Shown piece after piece: positions 1 to 12,679 of a DNA stretch of 64,000 nt. A program made the translations under genes and the position numbers. The notes under the pieces are model-generated. The model searched no databases and had not been told where the DNA came from. It worked only from the letters and a program-made list of their open reading frames with translations. Each line of letters starts with the position of its first letter. Position 1 is the first letter of the stretch. This DNA is from Octopus sinensis (Eukaryota): NCBI RefSeq assembly GCF_006345805.1, contig NC_043018.1:6944001-7008000 (forward strand), written 5' to 3'.

Positions 1-308
1 ATTTTGTTACTCTTTCTAAAACTGGAACTGCTCACCATTTGAGGGAAGACGAACCAGAGCAATCTGATAATGTATCTTTGCAACCCAAGAGAACATACGT
101 CTGTTATTCATGAAATATATGTTGGTACATGGTTTTGGAAAGACATATTTCTGTACGCTATGCAAAATGACTTGCTTCTGCATAGCATTTAACTGTGAAG
201 AGACTTTAGCTGGGCTTTAAAAAAAAAATCATCTTTGCTTTGCATTACATCATAAGTAAGCAATGACAAGGAAGCTCATTACAAAGTCAACTTCTATTGT
301 ATATATAT

Positions 309-500
309 CATCATCACCATCATCATTTAATGTCCATTTTCGATGCTGGCATAGGTTGAGTGGTTTGGCAAGAAGTGGTGAGCAAGAGAGCCTCATTGGG
401 TTCCATTGTCTGCTTTGGCATAGTTTATATGGCTGGATACCCTTTCTAATGCCAACCACTTTACAGAATGTACTGGGTGCTTTTTATGTGGTACCTACAC
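309..500 (-). mobile_element. 3' tail fragment of the RTE LINE family (degenerate)
   Basis: (CAT)n followed by TTTAATGTCC and GGCTGGATACCCTTTCTAATGCCAACCAC, the reverse complement of the 3' end of the LINE at 46620-46775. Confidence 0.75.
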
Positions 501-663
501 CAGTGGAGTCACCAAGTAACTTGCAAGACAAAAGACCCCTCAAATGAGAGGAAAAGTAGCAGTGAGGGAGGTGGCTTTGTGCCAGTTGAGATGTTGAAGT
601 ATAAGAGAGGGATAGAAAGAGGTAAATATATGTATAGTATTTTTGAGATTCTGCCTAAAGAAA

Positions 664-1038
664 CCATAATTATGACCCTAGTATCAATCTATTGCATTTC
701 AATCTGTTTTAGGGTTAGGGTTAGTTAGGGTTAGAGTTAGGGGTGAGGGAAGGGTATCTTTTTTTCTTCACAAATGTAAATAAACCCAATCTGTTTCTTA
801 AACAAGGGACATATTCATATGGCACAGAATGTTTTTTACCTCAATAGACGTTAGTGATTGATTGAAATTGCAGAAATTGAAGAAAAAAACAACAAATATC
901 TTACAAACTATAGAATTTTCTCAATAAAGCCAAGAGAAAAAGATGTTTTATAAACACATACTACCAGTATACGGAGTTTAAAATTTTTTAGTTACCTAGA
1001 AATTATGTTAAAAACTGCCGTTCAAACCGAAAAGATCC
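664..1038. mobile_element. Non-autonomous TIR DNA element (MITE), one end missing, with internal TTAGGG-like repeats
   Basis: Ends in AAAACTGCCGTTCAAACCGAAAAGATCC. The same TIR recurs at about 25903 and 26108, and 26110-26290 matches the reverse complement of 845-1038. AGGGTTAGGGTTAGTTAGGGTTAGAGTTAGGGG at 711-743. Confidence 0.75.
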
Positions 1039-1259
1039 TATCTCTGTAATTATTAAAATATCTTGTGTATTACTGAAGTATAACCAATTTATTCGTGATA
1101 AATTTTAATAACAGAAATTTATATAGACCCTCAAGGGCCATATGGACCATGGTTGAGCGCCCTTGGCATACACTAAATGCATACAGAACATATAGAAGAC
1201 AAGTCAGTGAGAAAGTCTCTGCTAGAAATAGCAACCAAATATTGTTTAAATTGTTTGAA

Positions 1260-1899
1260 TTCTCTTTCTGTTTCTTCCCTGCATTTTTTTCTGTTTCTTT
1301 CTTGTTCTGTCTTTCTCCATCTCTTCTCTCTCTCTCTCTCACTGTGTTCTCTGTGTCTTTGTGTCTCTCTTTCATAGTATCTCTCTTTGTCTTTGTCTTT
1401 CTCTCTCCCGCTCTCACTCCCTCTGTGTTCTGTGTCTCTCTTCCTCCCTTTCAAAGTCTCTATTTATTTCTCTCTCTCTCTCTCTCTGAATAACAGACTT
1501 TCTCAGCTGAGTAGTCACATCTAGATTGTCTTTAATCGTAGACCTGCACTGTTGGGGTTTAAACGGGACCTTAAAAAACAACAACAACAAAAACAGTGTA
1601 TATTACACAGATAACTTACATACACAACATCTCATCACCATACACATATCCACAAATACACCTACATTACATATACATGCACACACACACAGACACACGC
1701 ATGCACATGAACACACAAACACATCAGCTTCCACTAAATGCTTCATGCATAAAACACACATGTATAACATACTGAATGCAGACCACACACAGACATGCCA
1801 TCACCTAACACATGTGCATATGTACATGTACATTCCACACACACACACACACATATTATATATATACATCATATATAAATATATAATATATATATATAT

Positions 1900-1947
<48 letters not shown>

Positions 1948-2210
1948 GCATGTGTGTATGTGTGTGTATATATATATAATATATACACATTTATATTTAT
2001 GGATATGCACACACATATATGTTATATTATTATACCTGTATGTATGTATGTGTATGTATATATATAATATATATTATATATATATATATATATATGCATT
2101 ACATTTATATTTATGTATATGTATATATATATACATATGTATAGTTATATATATATATATATATACATATGTGTGTGTGTATATGTATGTGTATGTGAGA
2201 CAGAGACAAG
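1260..2210. repeat. CT, CA and TA microsatellite / low-complexity tract
   Basis: Direct reading; accounts for the spurious I/Y/H/T/L/S-rich ORFs. Confidence 0.9.
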
Positions 2211-2487
2211 AGAGAGAGAGTGGGAGGGAGAGCACACACACAGAGATTGCTGTCAGGCCCAGCTGGCAATGTGAAAGTTCTAACGCTGCTAATTACAGTT
2301 TGGTAGAAGCAGACAGCTGTTCACAGCATTGCAATTACAAATTAAACGTAATTTTTAACATCAGGGGCCCCTTTTTTTTCCATGTTTGTAAACACACACT
2401 CACCCCCCCCCCCATACACAATAACTAACACACCTTACTTATAAAACACACATGTATACCAAGAACCTCTTGATATATATTATATAT

Positions 2488-2537
<50 letters not shown>

Positions 2538-2561
2538 AATATATATATCTTACACACACAT

Positions 2562-2628
<67 letters not shown>

Positions 2629-2728
2629 ATAACAAATATATATATATACATACACAAATCCACACATTTTAGTTGGTTTTATCTGGCTCTCCCCCTTTTT
2701 TTTTTTTTTGATTCTTGTTTTTTTACAG

Positions 2729-2751
2729 TATTCTCTCTTCTCGTTGCCATG
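2729..2751 (+). other. Candidate 23-nt micro-exon ending in ATG
   Basis: Long polypyrimidine tract and TTTTACAG acceptor (2727-2728), exon TATTCTCTCTTCTCGTTGCCATG, consensus donor GTGAGT at 2752-2757. Confidence 0.4.
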
Positions 2752-2774
2752 GTGAGTCTGAAAGCAGAGGCAGT

Positions 2775-2825
<51 letters not shown>

Positions 2826-2939
2826 GAGAGAAATGGGATTTGAGATATCAATTTAACAAGAAGGAAATGGAGAAACGCTGTTAAGGAGCTGAAGGAATCA
2901 GGAGGGAGTTCTAACAGACCAATATTCTTCTAGAACTTT

Positions 2940-3720
2940 TGATCCCTCTTTCTCTCTCTCCCCTTTTCTCTTTCTCTCTCTCCCTCCCCTTTTCTCTTTC
3001 TCTCTCTCTCCCCTTTTTTCTTCCTCTCTCTCTCCCCTTTTCTCTTTCTCTCTCTCTCCCCTTTTCTCTTTCTCTCTCTCTCCCCTTTTCTCTTCCTCTC
3101 TCTCTCCCTTTTCTCTTCATCTCCCCTTTTCCTTTTTTCTCTCTCTCCCTTTTCTCTTCTCTCTATCCCCTTTTCTCTTCCTCTCTCCCTTTTCTCTTTC
3201 ACTCTCCCCTTTTCTCTTTCTCTCTCTCTCCCCTTTTCTCTTCCTCTCTCTCTCTCTCCCCTTTTCTCTTTCTCTCTCCCTTTTCTCTTTCTCTCTTTCT
3301 CTCTCTCCCCTTTTCTCTTTCTCTCTCTCTCTCCCTTTTCTCTTTCACTCTCCCCTTTTCTCTTTCACCTCCCCTTTTCTCCTTTCACTCTCCTTTTCTC
3401 TTTCTCTCTTCCATTTCTTTTCTCTCTTCTCTCCCCTTTTCTCTTTCTCTCTCTCTCTCCCCTTTTCTCTTTCTCTCTCTTTCTCCCCTTTTCTCTTTCT
3501 CCCCTTTTCTCTTTGCCTCTCTCTCTCTCCCTTTTCTCTTTTTCTTTCTCTCTCTCCCCTTTTCTCTTTCTCTCTCTCTCTCCCTTTTCTCTTTCCCTCT
3601 CTCTCCCCTTTTCTCTTTCTCTCTCTCTCCCCTTTTCTCTTCCTCTCTCTCTCACTCCCCTTTTCTCTTTCTCTCTCTCTCCCCTTTTCTATCTCTGTCT
3701 ACTTCCCTTTTTGTGTCGTT
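2940..3720. repeat. Pyrimidine minisatellite, ~22-26 bp unit CCCCTTTTCTCTTTCTCTCTCTCT, merging into a CT tract that runs to ~4090
   Basis: Unit repeated dozens of times. Confidence 0.9.
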
Positions 3721-4589
3721 TTCTCTTTGTTTCTTTCTTGCTCTCTCTCTCCTATTATCACTTCTCTCTCTTTCTCTCTTCCAATTTATCTTTTCCTCTC
3801 TTTCCCTTGGTCTCTCTCTTATTGTAACTCTCTCTTTCTCTCATTCATTCTCTCTCTCTTTCTCTGTCTTTTGTCTCTTCCATTGTCCCTCTATCTCTCT
3901 CTGTCTTTCTCCCGCTGTCTTTATTTCCATCTCTCACTCTTCCTCACTCTCCCATCATCTCTCTCGCATTGTGCCTCTTTCTCTCTCTCATTCATTCTCT
4001 CTTTCTCTCTCTCTCTCTTTGCTTCAATTTATCTCCCTTTCATTCTCTCTCCATATCTGCCTGTCTCTCTTCCTCTCTCTCCCCATCTCTCTCTCATGTT
4101 CTTGTAACTATTGTTGCTGTTCTCTGTTTGTTGTAAAAAACCCAACATTTTCTTCAGTAATTTTTTACTACTTTTCTCTATGCTATTTACACAATTTTTC
4201 TCTTTGGCTTGGTGGGGGATCACCCTATACATGTGCACAAATGCATGTTTGTATGTGTATGTATCTGCACATAATGCACATCACTGTGCACACACATATA
4301 TCCACTTGCATGTTGATGATGACATACATATATATACATATATGCATTTATACATATATATACATTTATACATACATGTATATACATATATCTATACATG
4401 CATTTGCACTTATACATACACACACACACACACATATATATATACATATGTATTTATACACATATATACATTGATACATACACGTATATGCATTTATACA
4501 TATATATAGTTATTCATACATGTATATACATACATGCATTTGAACTCATATATATATATATGCATATATAGTTACACATACATACATGC

Positions 4590-4626
<37 letters not shown>

Positions 4627-5154
4627 TTTGCATAAATGCATACATATATATGTATTTATACATTGATACAGACATATATATATATACATTTATACATACA
4701 TATGTGTATGCATATATACATATATATGCATTTATACATTTAAGCATACATATATATATATACAGATGCATTTTGCACATACACAGACACATATATATAT
4801 ATATACATACATGTGCATATGCATATAAGGTGTGCATTTATCCAACGGTGTTGCTGATGACGTTGCTTTGAATGTTGCCTGTTTACCTTGCCTTTCTACA
4901 TTACGTGGTCTTATTTGGAGGCTGTTTGCATTTAGGAGCTTTGTGTTGTTGTTGCTGTTGTAGCTGATGCTGCTGCTGCTGATGTTGCTGTCATTGTCAT
5001 CATTGCTGTTGTTGTTATTGTTGTTGTTGTTCACTCTAACATTCTTGTATTTATTATATAATGTTTGTTCGTAAGTTGTTTGTAATGGAGGTGGGCAAGG
5101 ATGGAGTGGCGCTCTCTGTATAATATTACTTTCGTTGCTGCTGCATCTGGAACT

Positions 5155-5540
5155 GTTTTCTTCTTCTTCTTCTTCTTCTTCCTTCTTCTTCTTCTTCTTC
5201 TTCTTCTTTCCCTTCTTCTTCTTCTTCTTCTTTTCCCCTTCTTCTCTTCTTTTCTTCTTCCTTCTTCTTCTTCTTTCCCTTCTTTTTCTTCTTTCCCCTC
5301 TCTCTTCTTCTTCTCTTCTTTCCCTTCTTTTCTTCTTCTTTTTTTTTCCCCCCCTTCTTCTTCTTCTTCTTCCCCTTCTTCTTCTTCTTATCTTCTTCTT
5401 TCCCTTCTTCTTCTTTCTTCTTCTCTCTCCCTTCTTCTTCTTCTTCTTTCCCTTTTCTTCTTTTCTTATTCCCCTTCTTCTTCTTCTTTTTCCCTTCTCT
5501 TCTTCTTCTCTTCTTCTTCTTCTTCTTCTTCTCTTCTTCT
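5155..5540. repeat. (CTT)n degenerate microsatellite
   Basis: Direct reading. Confidence 0.9.
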
Positions 5541-5639
5541 TCCAATCAGGGCTCACGCCATTAGGCACAAAAAATAATCTCTAATTCAAGCCTACCCCAA
5601 GCTACTAAGAATGCGTGTGACAACTTGAAGATCCACCCA

Positions 5640-6009
5640 CCACACCTGATAGACTGGCGATTGCACAGGTGCGAAAGCTACGTTGTTATCCTCATTCTGT
5701 AAACGGTAGCTTTTAATGAGTGGAGAGCAGAACCATCCTGGGGTACAGAGGATTCGCAATCTAGACTAGGGTCTGAAAGTTTACCACACCATAGTGGGTT
5801 ACACCATGGTTCTTCTGCTTTGTGGCAGAAGTATGAAGAAAGAGTGAGAGAAAGTTGTCGTGAAAGAGTACAACGGGGTTCAGCCCCATCCCCCCTCCGG
5901 AGCCTCAAGGAGCTTAGGTGTTTTTGCTCAAAAAACACTCAGAATGCCCGGTCTGGGAATTGAAACCACGTTCTTATGACCACGAGTCCACTGGGCCATT
6001 GCGCCTCCA
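5640..6009 (-). mobile_element. tRNA-derived SINE, family C
   Basis: Minus strand begins GAGGCGCAATGGCCCAGTGG (A box) with a GGTTTCAATTCCC B box; body shared with 6165, 39225 and 54005. Confidence 0.8.
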
Positions 6010-6164
6010 CTGGAGCTGCTGTTGTCATTGTCATCATCGTTGTTGTGATTGTTTTTGTTGTTGTAGTTGAAATCGTTGCTGCTGCATCTGCTGCTGTTAC
6101 TGACATCATCATTGCTGTTGTTGTTGTCATTGATATTCTTGTTGTTGCTGCTGCTGTTGCTGTT

Positions 6165-6533
6165 GAGCGAACGGTCTTCGTCCCAGAGCTCGCAAGATGG
6201 GAGGAGTCCAAACGTGTCCTTTGCTGTTCGAAGACCCGCAGAAGAGAAAGCAGGTCAACCCCGACACCGAGGAAGCTCGACAGATGGAGGAATGCGCATC
6301 CAGGCTCAGCGGTTGCGTAGGAAGTCGGGGACAAAAAAAGGAAGAAAGAAAGATGAGAGAAAGTTGGGTGCGGAAAGAGTACAACAGGGGTCGCCACCAG
6401 ATCCTGCCAGAGCTCGTGGAGCTTTAGGTGTTTTTGCTCAATGAAAACACACACAACGCCTGGTCTGGGAATCGAAACCGCGATCCTCCAACCGCGAGTC
6501 CACCGCCCTAACCACTGGGCCATTGTGCCTCCA
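6165..6533 (-). mobile_element. tRNA-derived SINE, family C, with structured 3' tail
   Basis: A and B boxes; same 3' region as the copy at 54005-54385; (CAA/CAG)n tail. Confidence 0.85.
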
Positions 6534-7100
6534 CTGTTGTTGCTGCTGCTGCTGATGCTGCTGTTATCATCATGCTGCTGCTGCTGTTGTAGTTGTTGTT
6601 GTTGCTGTAGATATTATAGCTGCAATTACTATTTGAACTTGTTGCTGCTGCATCTGCTGCTGCTGCTGTTGTTGTCCTCCTCCTCCTATCATCATCATCA
6701 CCAGTGTTGTTGTTTTAGTGGTTGTTATTGTCACTCTAGATATTGTTGTCGTTGTCGTTGTTGGGTGATGTTTTTGCCGTTGTTACCATTGTTATTGGTT
6801 GTTGTTGTTGTTATATATTATTCAAAGGAGTAAAGAACCATGGGAGAATTCGTTAAGGGACAGTTTATTTTTCCCTTCCTTCTCTTCCCCCCATTCGTTC
6901 CTTATATTTAACACTCAATAACTTTATACATATTTAAAATGGCATTCCTTTGTTCTTAGCAACCATTGTTGTTGTTGTTGTTATTGCTTTTGTTGCATTT
7001 ACCATTATCTATTAACTATAAAGTAGTGAGGTGGCAGAAGCCTTAATGTGTTGGATAAAATGTTTTGCAGAGTTTTGTCTGTCACACCTCATCTTGATGT

Positions 7101-7200
7101 NNNNNNNNNNNNNNNNNNNNNNNNNNNNNNNNNNNNNNNNNNNNNNNNNNNNNNNNNNNNNNNNNNNNNNNNNNNNNNNNNNNNNNNNNNNNNNNNNNNN
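7101..7200. other. Assembly gap (100 N)
   Basis: Run of N. Confidence 1.
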
Positions 7201-7494
7201 GCTTTTCACCTGACGTGCTAACGTTTCTGCCAGCTCGCCGCCTTCAGAAACACTAATATATAATACCAATTACCCAATACTTCCACTATGCAAACCACCC
7301 AATGCAATAAAACAACCTATATATATTCTACATAGCAATCAGGTTAAACACCAAACTGGCATGGCTGTGCATACCACATAATTCTATGTTCAGTTCCACT
7401 AGGTGGCACCTTGGGCAAGTGTCTTCTACTATAGCCTCAGGCTGAACAAAACCTTGTGAGTGGATATGGTAGATGGAAACTGAAAGAATCCTGT

Positions 7495-7550
<56 letters not shown>

Positions 7551-7552
<2 letters not shown>

Positions 7553-8340
7553 GAGGGTGGAATGGGTAAATTGTCACCATTCTTTATTTTTAATTTGGAG
7601 CATGCGCATTGTTGTTTTTGATTTTCTGGACTACAGAGTATAGTAGAGTTAGCTGGGCATTGTCTGTGAGAAAAACAGCATGATGACACAATTCACTCTG
7701 CCAGAAATTTGGACACGACATGCTGTACTGCTTGGCATTCACAGCAGAAGATTCAATACGAACAGATGGTGAACGTACAGAACAACCATTGGCTTTCCAT
7801 GTCCCCAAAACATGTACCGAAGGTGATAAAAATCAAACATTCAGTCAGCCCCATGGTATTTAGAGTGATCATTAGTGATGGCGATTTTATGCCTCTATTC
7901 ATCTTCCTACACAGCTCCCAGACTCAACACAGAGGCCTACATCAAGTGCTGGAGGAAGTAGTGCTGCCCAGGGTGAAGAGAGTGGCTGCTAGATGACCAT
8001 ATGTCTTACAACAGGGCTCTGCACCATGCCACACAAGAAAGAGAACCCAGTGATGGCTGTCAGACAACTTCTCCAACCACATCACCCTAACTCCCCAGAC
8101 TGCAATCCCCTCGATTATTATGTGTGTGTCACAGTTGCGCAAGAGACCAACAAAACTCCTTTTAACACCAAAGATGAACTGAAGGCAAGGATTTTGGCAG
8201 CATTCACCAACTTAAACAAGGAGACCATCCCGAAGAATTGCAGGAGATTCTGAAGTCGTCTGGAGGCTGTGGCTGAAGCCAATGGCGATTTTATTGAATA
8301 CATTTGCTCTTTAGTATTTCAAGATATTTTTATGTAAAGC
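7551..8340 (+). pseudogene. IS630-Tc1-mariner transposase relic, maT/DD37D-like, internally deleted
   Basis: Frameshifted peptides ISDGDFMP, LEEVVLP, (QQ)GSAPCH, PNSPDCNPLDYYV, NTKDELKARI, RLEAVAEANGDFIE; Asp in the third catalytic motif. Confidence 0.85.
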
Positions 8341-8483
8341 CAAAGGTTGATACAGCTTGGCACTAGTGATATCCAACTCATTTCTACAACTGTATGAAGT
8401 GGAGCAATATGAAATAAAGTGTCTTGCTCAAGAACACAACAGGAATCAAGCACTAAACACTGAGCTATATATATATATATATA

Positions 8484-8516
<33 letters not shown>

Positions 8517-8789
8517 TTCATGTATGTATTTATGCATATACTTGTATATATAAATATATATATGATAGGCATTTTATAGCTTTGATATATCAAATCCAAA
8601 GCTTTTGTCAGCTGAAGGCTCTAGTCAAATCATTAAAAGTTCTAATTAGAAATAATTATCAGGTAATTAGAATACATCATTAGCTCACTGAATAACCAAT
8701 AGTATTTTAATCATCTCAGCTAATATGGGAGATAACTCCAGGCAAGTTTTAGTATGATATGACTTCTTCAGCAGCACATAGGCACCATA

Positions 8790-9330
8790 ACAGTGCATTT
8801 GCCAATAATAATAGCGACGAGAGAATCACTAAGCAGACACTGAATAGTGTTACTCACATAGGCGTGAAAAATTAACATATTTAAAGAAAAACCCAAAGCT
8901 TTATCCAATATCTAAAAATGGTTTTAGAGAACCCATTGCATTTTGCGTTACATACTTTAAAAGCCATTAACACAAACACTGCCTTTAACAATGCCCACAG
9001 GGACTTCCAATTTTACAGAAAGTGTATGGATATTCAATATTCAATTAATATTTAATGTTATCTTATTTCTCACTCTTTCTATTTCTTTCTTTTATTTTTC
9101 CCTTTTACTCCCTCCCCCACCCCACTCCACCTATATTTAGCTCTGTACACATTTTTGGAAGCGTTTGTATTGATCGCCGTGTGTATTCTGTTGATGACAA
9201 TTATTGATTGAAATTCAGAGAGTGTTTTTACTACATATCACTTACACTTCGCTCTTAACCTATTAAGGTTTTTCTGTCGATATGGCCATGGATACCTATA
9301 GCCTTAATGCACGTCAATTCAGCCGAATCA
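8790..9330 (+). mobile_element. Possible very degenerate PLE 3' end
   Basis: Weak likeness to PLE C-terminal and pLTR sequence, with a decayed hammerhead-like string near 9275-9315; not firmly readable. Confidence 0.25.
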
Positions 9331-9767
9331 CATAACACATCCCACGTGTTAGGTTTCAAAAGTAACTACTGATGTTTTTAAACGAGAGAATTCCTTTGTA
9401 ATTCTGCTTAACATAGCAGCCAAATCGCCCTCGATCAATTAATCACTAAGTTTAAAATATAGAGAATTTCAGCACTGCAGATACATGTCAGCTGTTTGAA
9501 AGCCTGCAAAATCTGTTGACCAGGCTGCAGCTGGTGCAGCAAAAATTTTAACACCAAATAACATGTGTGTGTGTGTGTGTGTGTGTGTATTTTGTCTATG
9601 GATTTGGTTTGCCAGATTCTTCATGTGTTGAAGTATATTGAAAAGGTTTCAAGATGCAACGAGAATTTTAGGAAAAATAAATAAGTAAATAAGTGAATGT
9701 GTTAAATAACAAAGCACTAAAAGAGAATCTCTCTCACCAGACACAACAATTCATATATATATATATA

Positions 9768-9840
<73 letters not shown>

Positions 9841-9984
9841 CAAAAGCTTGCTTCCAAAACCACATGATTCTGGGTTCAGTCCCATTCCACTGCATGACAC
9901 CTGGGGCAAGTGTTTTCTACTATAGCCTCAGGCTAACCAAATTCTTGTGAGTGGATTTGGTAGATCAAAAAGTTAACAGAAGAA

Positions 9985-10631
9985 ATGACAGATGGTGATG
10001 TGCAGACCCTTCCGAAGTTCCAAGAGTTATGCATACAAAATTTCCTGCAACTGTATTGGTTTTAGGGGTTGTCAGCAATGAAGAAAATGTGATGCCTCTT
10101 ACTTCTTTCCACAAGGCTCTAGAGTTAACTTGCCGCCTACATTGAGGTCCTGGAAATAATTGTTAGACAGTGTATGCAATGGAAGGCCATATGGTTTCAG
10201 TAAGACTCTTCACTTTTACACATGGCTCTAGTAACACAGGAATGGATGGCTGAAAATTTTCATGATCACATAATCCCTAACATTTGGCCACCTAATTCCC
10301 CAGATCTCAATCCATTGGACTATTACATGTGGAACATTGTAGATAGAGAGAGGTTAATGAACATACCCATAACGCCAAGGATTCTATGAAAGTTGCCATA
10401 GTCAGAGTAATGTCCAAAATAAACCAGGACCACTTGATTCGAGCATGTAGATGATTTAGATCTCATATAGAAGCAGTTGTTGAAGCTGAAGGTGGCTTTA
10501 TTGAATAGCCTTATAGAAAAGAAGGTTTATTTTCATTCTCATAGCATTTTTTGATAAATACAGTTATTTGTTATTATATATGTTTTCTTTATAAACATAA
10601 ATCTGTCCTCAAATATCTTACGCACCCTGTA
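9985..10631 (+). pseudogene. maT/DD37D-like transposase relic with right terminus
   Basis: KFPATVLVLGVVSNE, IWPPNSPDLNPLDYYMWNIV, IEAVVEAEGGFIE*; ends CTTACGCACCCTGTA. Confidence 0.85.
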
Positions 10632-10645
10632 TGTGTGTGTGTATG

Positions 10646-10688
<43 letters not shown>

Positions 10689-11355
10689 CTTTGAATGACC
10701 CGTCCTTGCTTGTTTTTTTGTATCATCTATCTAGATGTTTTGTTGTCCCTTTTTGTATCACCTAGTTGTCCGGCTGTTTTGCGTTCTTGTCCCATTTTGT
10801 ATTTATATATATATATATATAGTGCGGAAAACGGACGTTAAACGATGATGATGATGATGATATATTTGTATGTTGTTTGTGTTATGTGTTTGTTCCATGA
10901 CCACCACTTGACAGCAGGTGATGTTTTGCTTACATCCCTGTCACTTAGCATTTCGGTAAAAGAAACTGATAGAATAAATTCCAGACTTAAACTATATACT
11001 GTAGTCAAATTGATGCAATGCCCCAGCATGGCCACAGTCCACTGACGGAAACAAGTGAAAGATAAAACATAATTGTAGCCACATAACTGACACAGTTGTG
11101 AAAGGAAAAATGTTGACACTTCATAAAATAAATTAAAATTTTAAATGAATTTAAAAGCTTTGTGTATTATTAAACAACTGAACTGTCTCTTGTACAATGC
11201 AATTGCTTTAAAATATAAAATGAACTAAATAAAAACAAACATATGGAATAACTTGTTCAATGCAACAGCAAAACCTCCCTGAACAATAATATCTCTGTTT
11301 AACCCTTTCAAGTCCAAAGTTGGTGATTGGGAAAAATTCAGAATGTGTATCACAT

Positions 11356-11768
11356 GGCGCAGGAGTGGCTGTGTGGTAAGTAGCTTGTTTACCAACCACA
11401 TGGTTCTGGGTTCAGTACCACTGCTGCGTGGCACCTTGGGCAAGTGTCTTCTACTATAGCCTCGGGCCGACCAAAGCCTTGTGAGTGGATTTGGTAGACA
11501 GAAACTGAAAGAAGCCCGTCATATATATGTATATATATATATATATGTATGTGCGTGTGTCTGTGTTTGTACCCCTAGCATTGCTTGACAACCGATGCTG
11601 ATGTGTTTATATCCCCGTTACTTAGTGGTTCGGCAAAAGAGACCGATAGAATAAGTGCTGGTCTTACAAAAGAATAAGTCCAGGGGTCGAGTTGCTCGAT
11701 TAAAGGCGGTGCTCCAGCATGGCCGCAGTCAAATGACTGAAACAAGTAAAAGAGTAAAAGAGTAAGAG
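11356..11768 (+). mobile_element. tRNA-derived SINE, family A (full length, internal TA/TG microsatellite, (AAAAGAGT)n tail)
   Basis: Head GGCGCAGGAGTGGCTGTGTGGT...GGTTCAGTACC, central CCTTGGGCAAGTG block, tail GAAACAAGTAAAAGAG. About 25 whole or partial copies in the window (e.g. 11845-, 16336+, 20080-, 35452+, 38878+, 40635+, 46866+, 54715+, 56730-, 57095+). Confidence 0.9.
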
Positions 11769-11844
11769 TATATATCTCTTATTGAGGTGGTATCACAAAG
11801 TTCCTGGACTAGTTATCTTTAATAAAAAAAAATAACTTATTTAC

Positions 11845-12226
11845 TCTCTTTTTTTTATTACTCTTTTTACTTGTTTCAGTCATTTGACTGCGGCCATGCT
11901 GGAGCACCGCCTTTAGTCGACAAATCGACCCCAGGACTTATTCTTTGTAAGCCTAATACTTATTCTATCAGTCACTTTTGCCGAACCACTAATTTATGGG
12001 GATGTAAACACACGAGCATCGGTTGTCAAGCAATGTTGGGGAGATAAACACAGAAACACAAACACACATATATATACATATACATTTATATATACGACAG
12101 GCTTCTTTCAGTTTCTGTCTACCAAATCCATTCACAAGGCTTTGGTCAGCCCGAGGCTATAGTAGGTGCCATGCAGTAGGACCGAACCCGGAACCATGTA
12201 GTTGGTAAGCAAGCTACTTACCACAC
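11845..12226 (-). mobile_element. SINE family A inserted in the mariner
   Basis: Reverse complement of the 11356-11768 family. Confidence 0.85.
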
Positions 12227-12451
12227 CTAAGTTTTAAGATCATCTTCTTCAAAATAGTCACCTTCTGCAACAAAACACTGGTCCTAGCATTCCTACCACT
12301 TTTGGAATCTGGCCTGGAAGTCGTTTTTTGCATGAACGCCAAGGATCTTCTGTGATTCACTCAGGATCTCAACAGCCATGTTAAAATGGTGACCTTTCAG
12401 CTGTATTTTCTTCTTGAGGAAGAGATGGAAGTCCGCAGGTGCTAAATCTGG

Positions 12452-12679
12452 CGGTGAGCTGGCAGAAACATTAGCACGCCGGGCGAAATGTGTAGCCGTA
12501 TTTCGTCTGCTGTTACGTTCTGGGTTCAAATTCTGCCAATGTCGACTGTGCCTTTCATCCTTTCGGGGTCGATAAATTAAGTACCAGTTATGCACTGGGG
12601 TCGATATAATCGACTTAATCCATGTGTCTGTCCTTGTTTGTCTTCTCTGTGTTTAGCCCCTTGTGGGTAGTAAAGAAAT
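12452..12679 (+). mobile_element. tRNA-derived SINE family B with 15-bp TSD, interrupting the mariner YSPDLAP motif
   Basis: AGGTGCTAAATCTGG at 12437-12451 and 12680-12694. Family copies also at 19380, 21330, 24636, 31751, 41840, 47520, 50770, 52470, 55910 and 62578. Confidence 0.92.

Noticed and set aside
1-230. Cys-rich reading (KTYFCTLCKMTCFC) resembling a piggyBac C-terminal domain or a host exon
   Set aside because: Short, needs a frame change, no splice signals or other transposase motifs
1070-5584. Long ORFs of 100-511 aa
   Set aside because: Translations of CT, TA, CA and CTT repeats with no complex sequence
6170-6330. HDV-like ribozyme fold in the SINE C tail (CCCCGAC/GTCGGGG, TTCCTCG, hairpin, CGAA)
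   Set aside because: P3/L3 and P1.1 cannot be formed consistently, and the copy at 54200 does not keep them; better read as LINE-type 3' stem-loops
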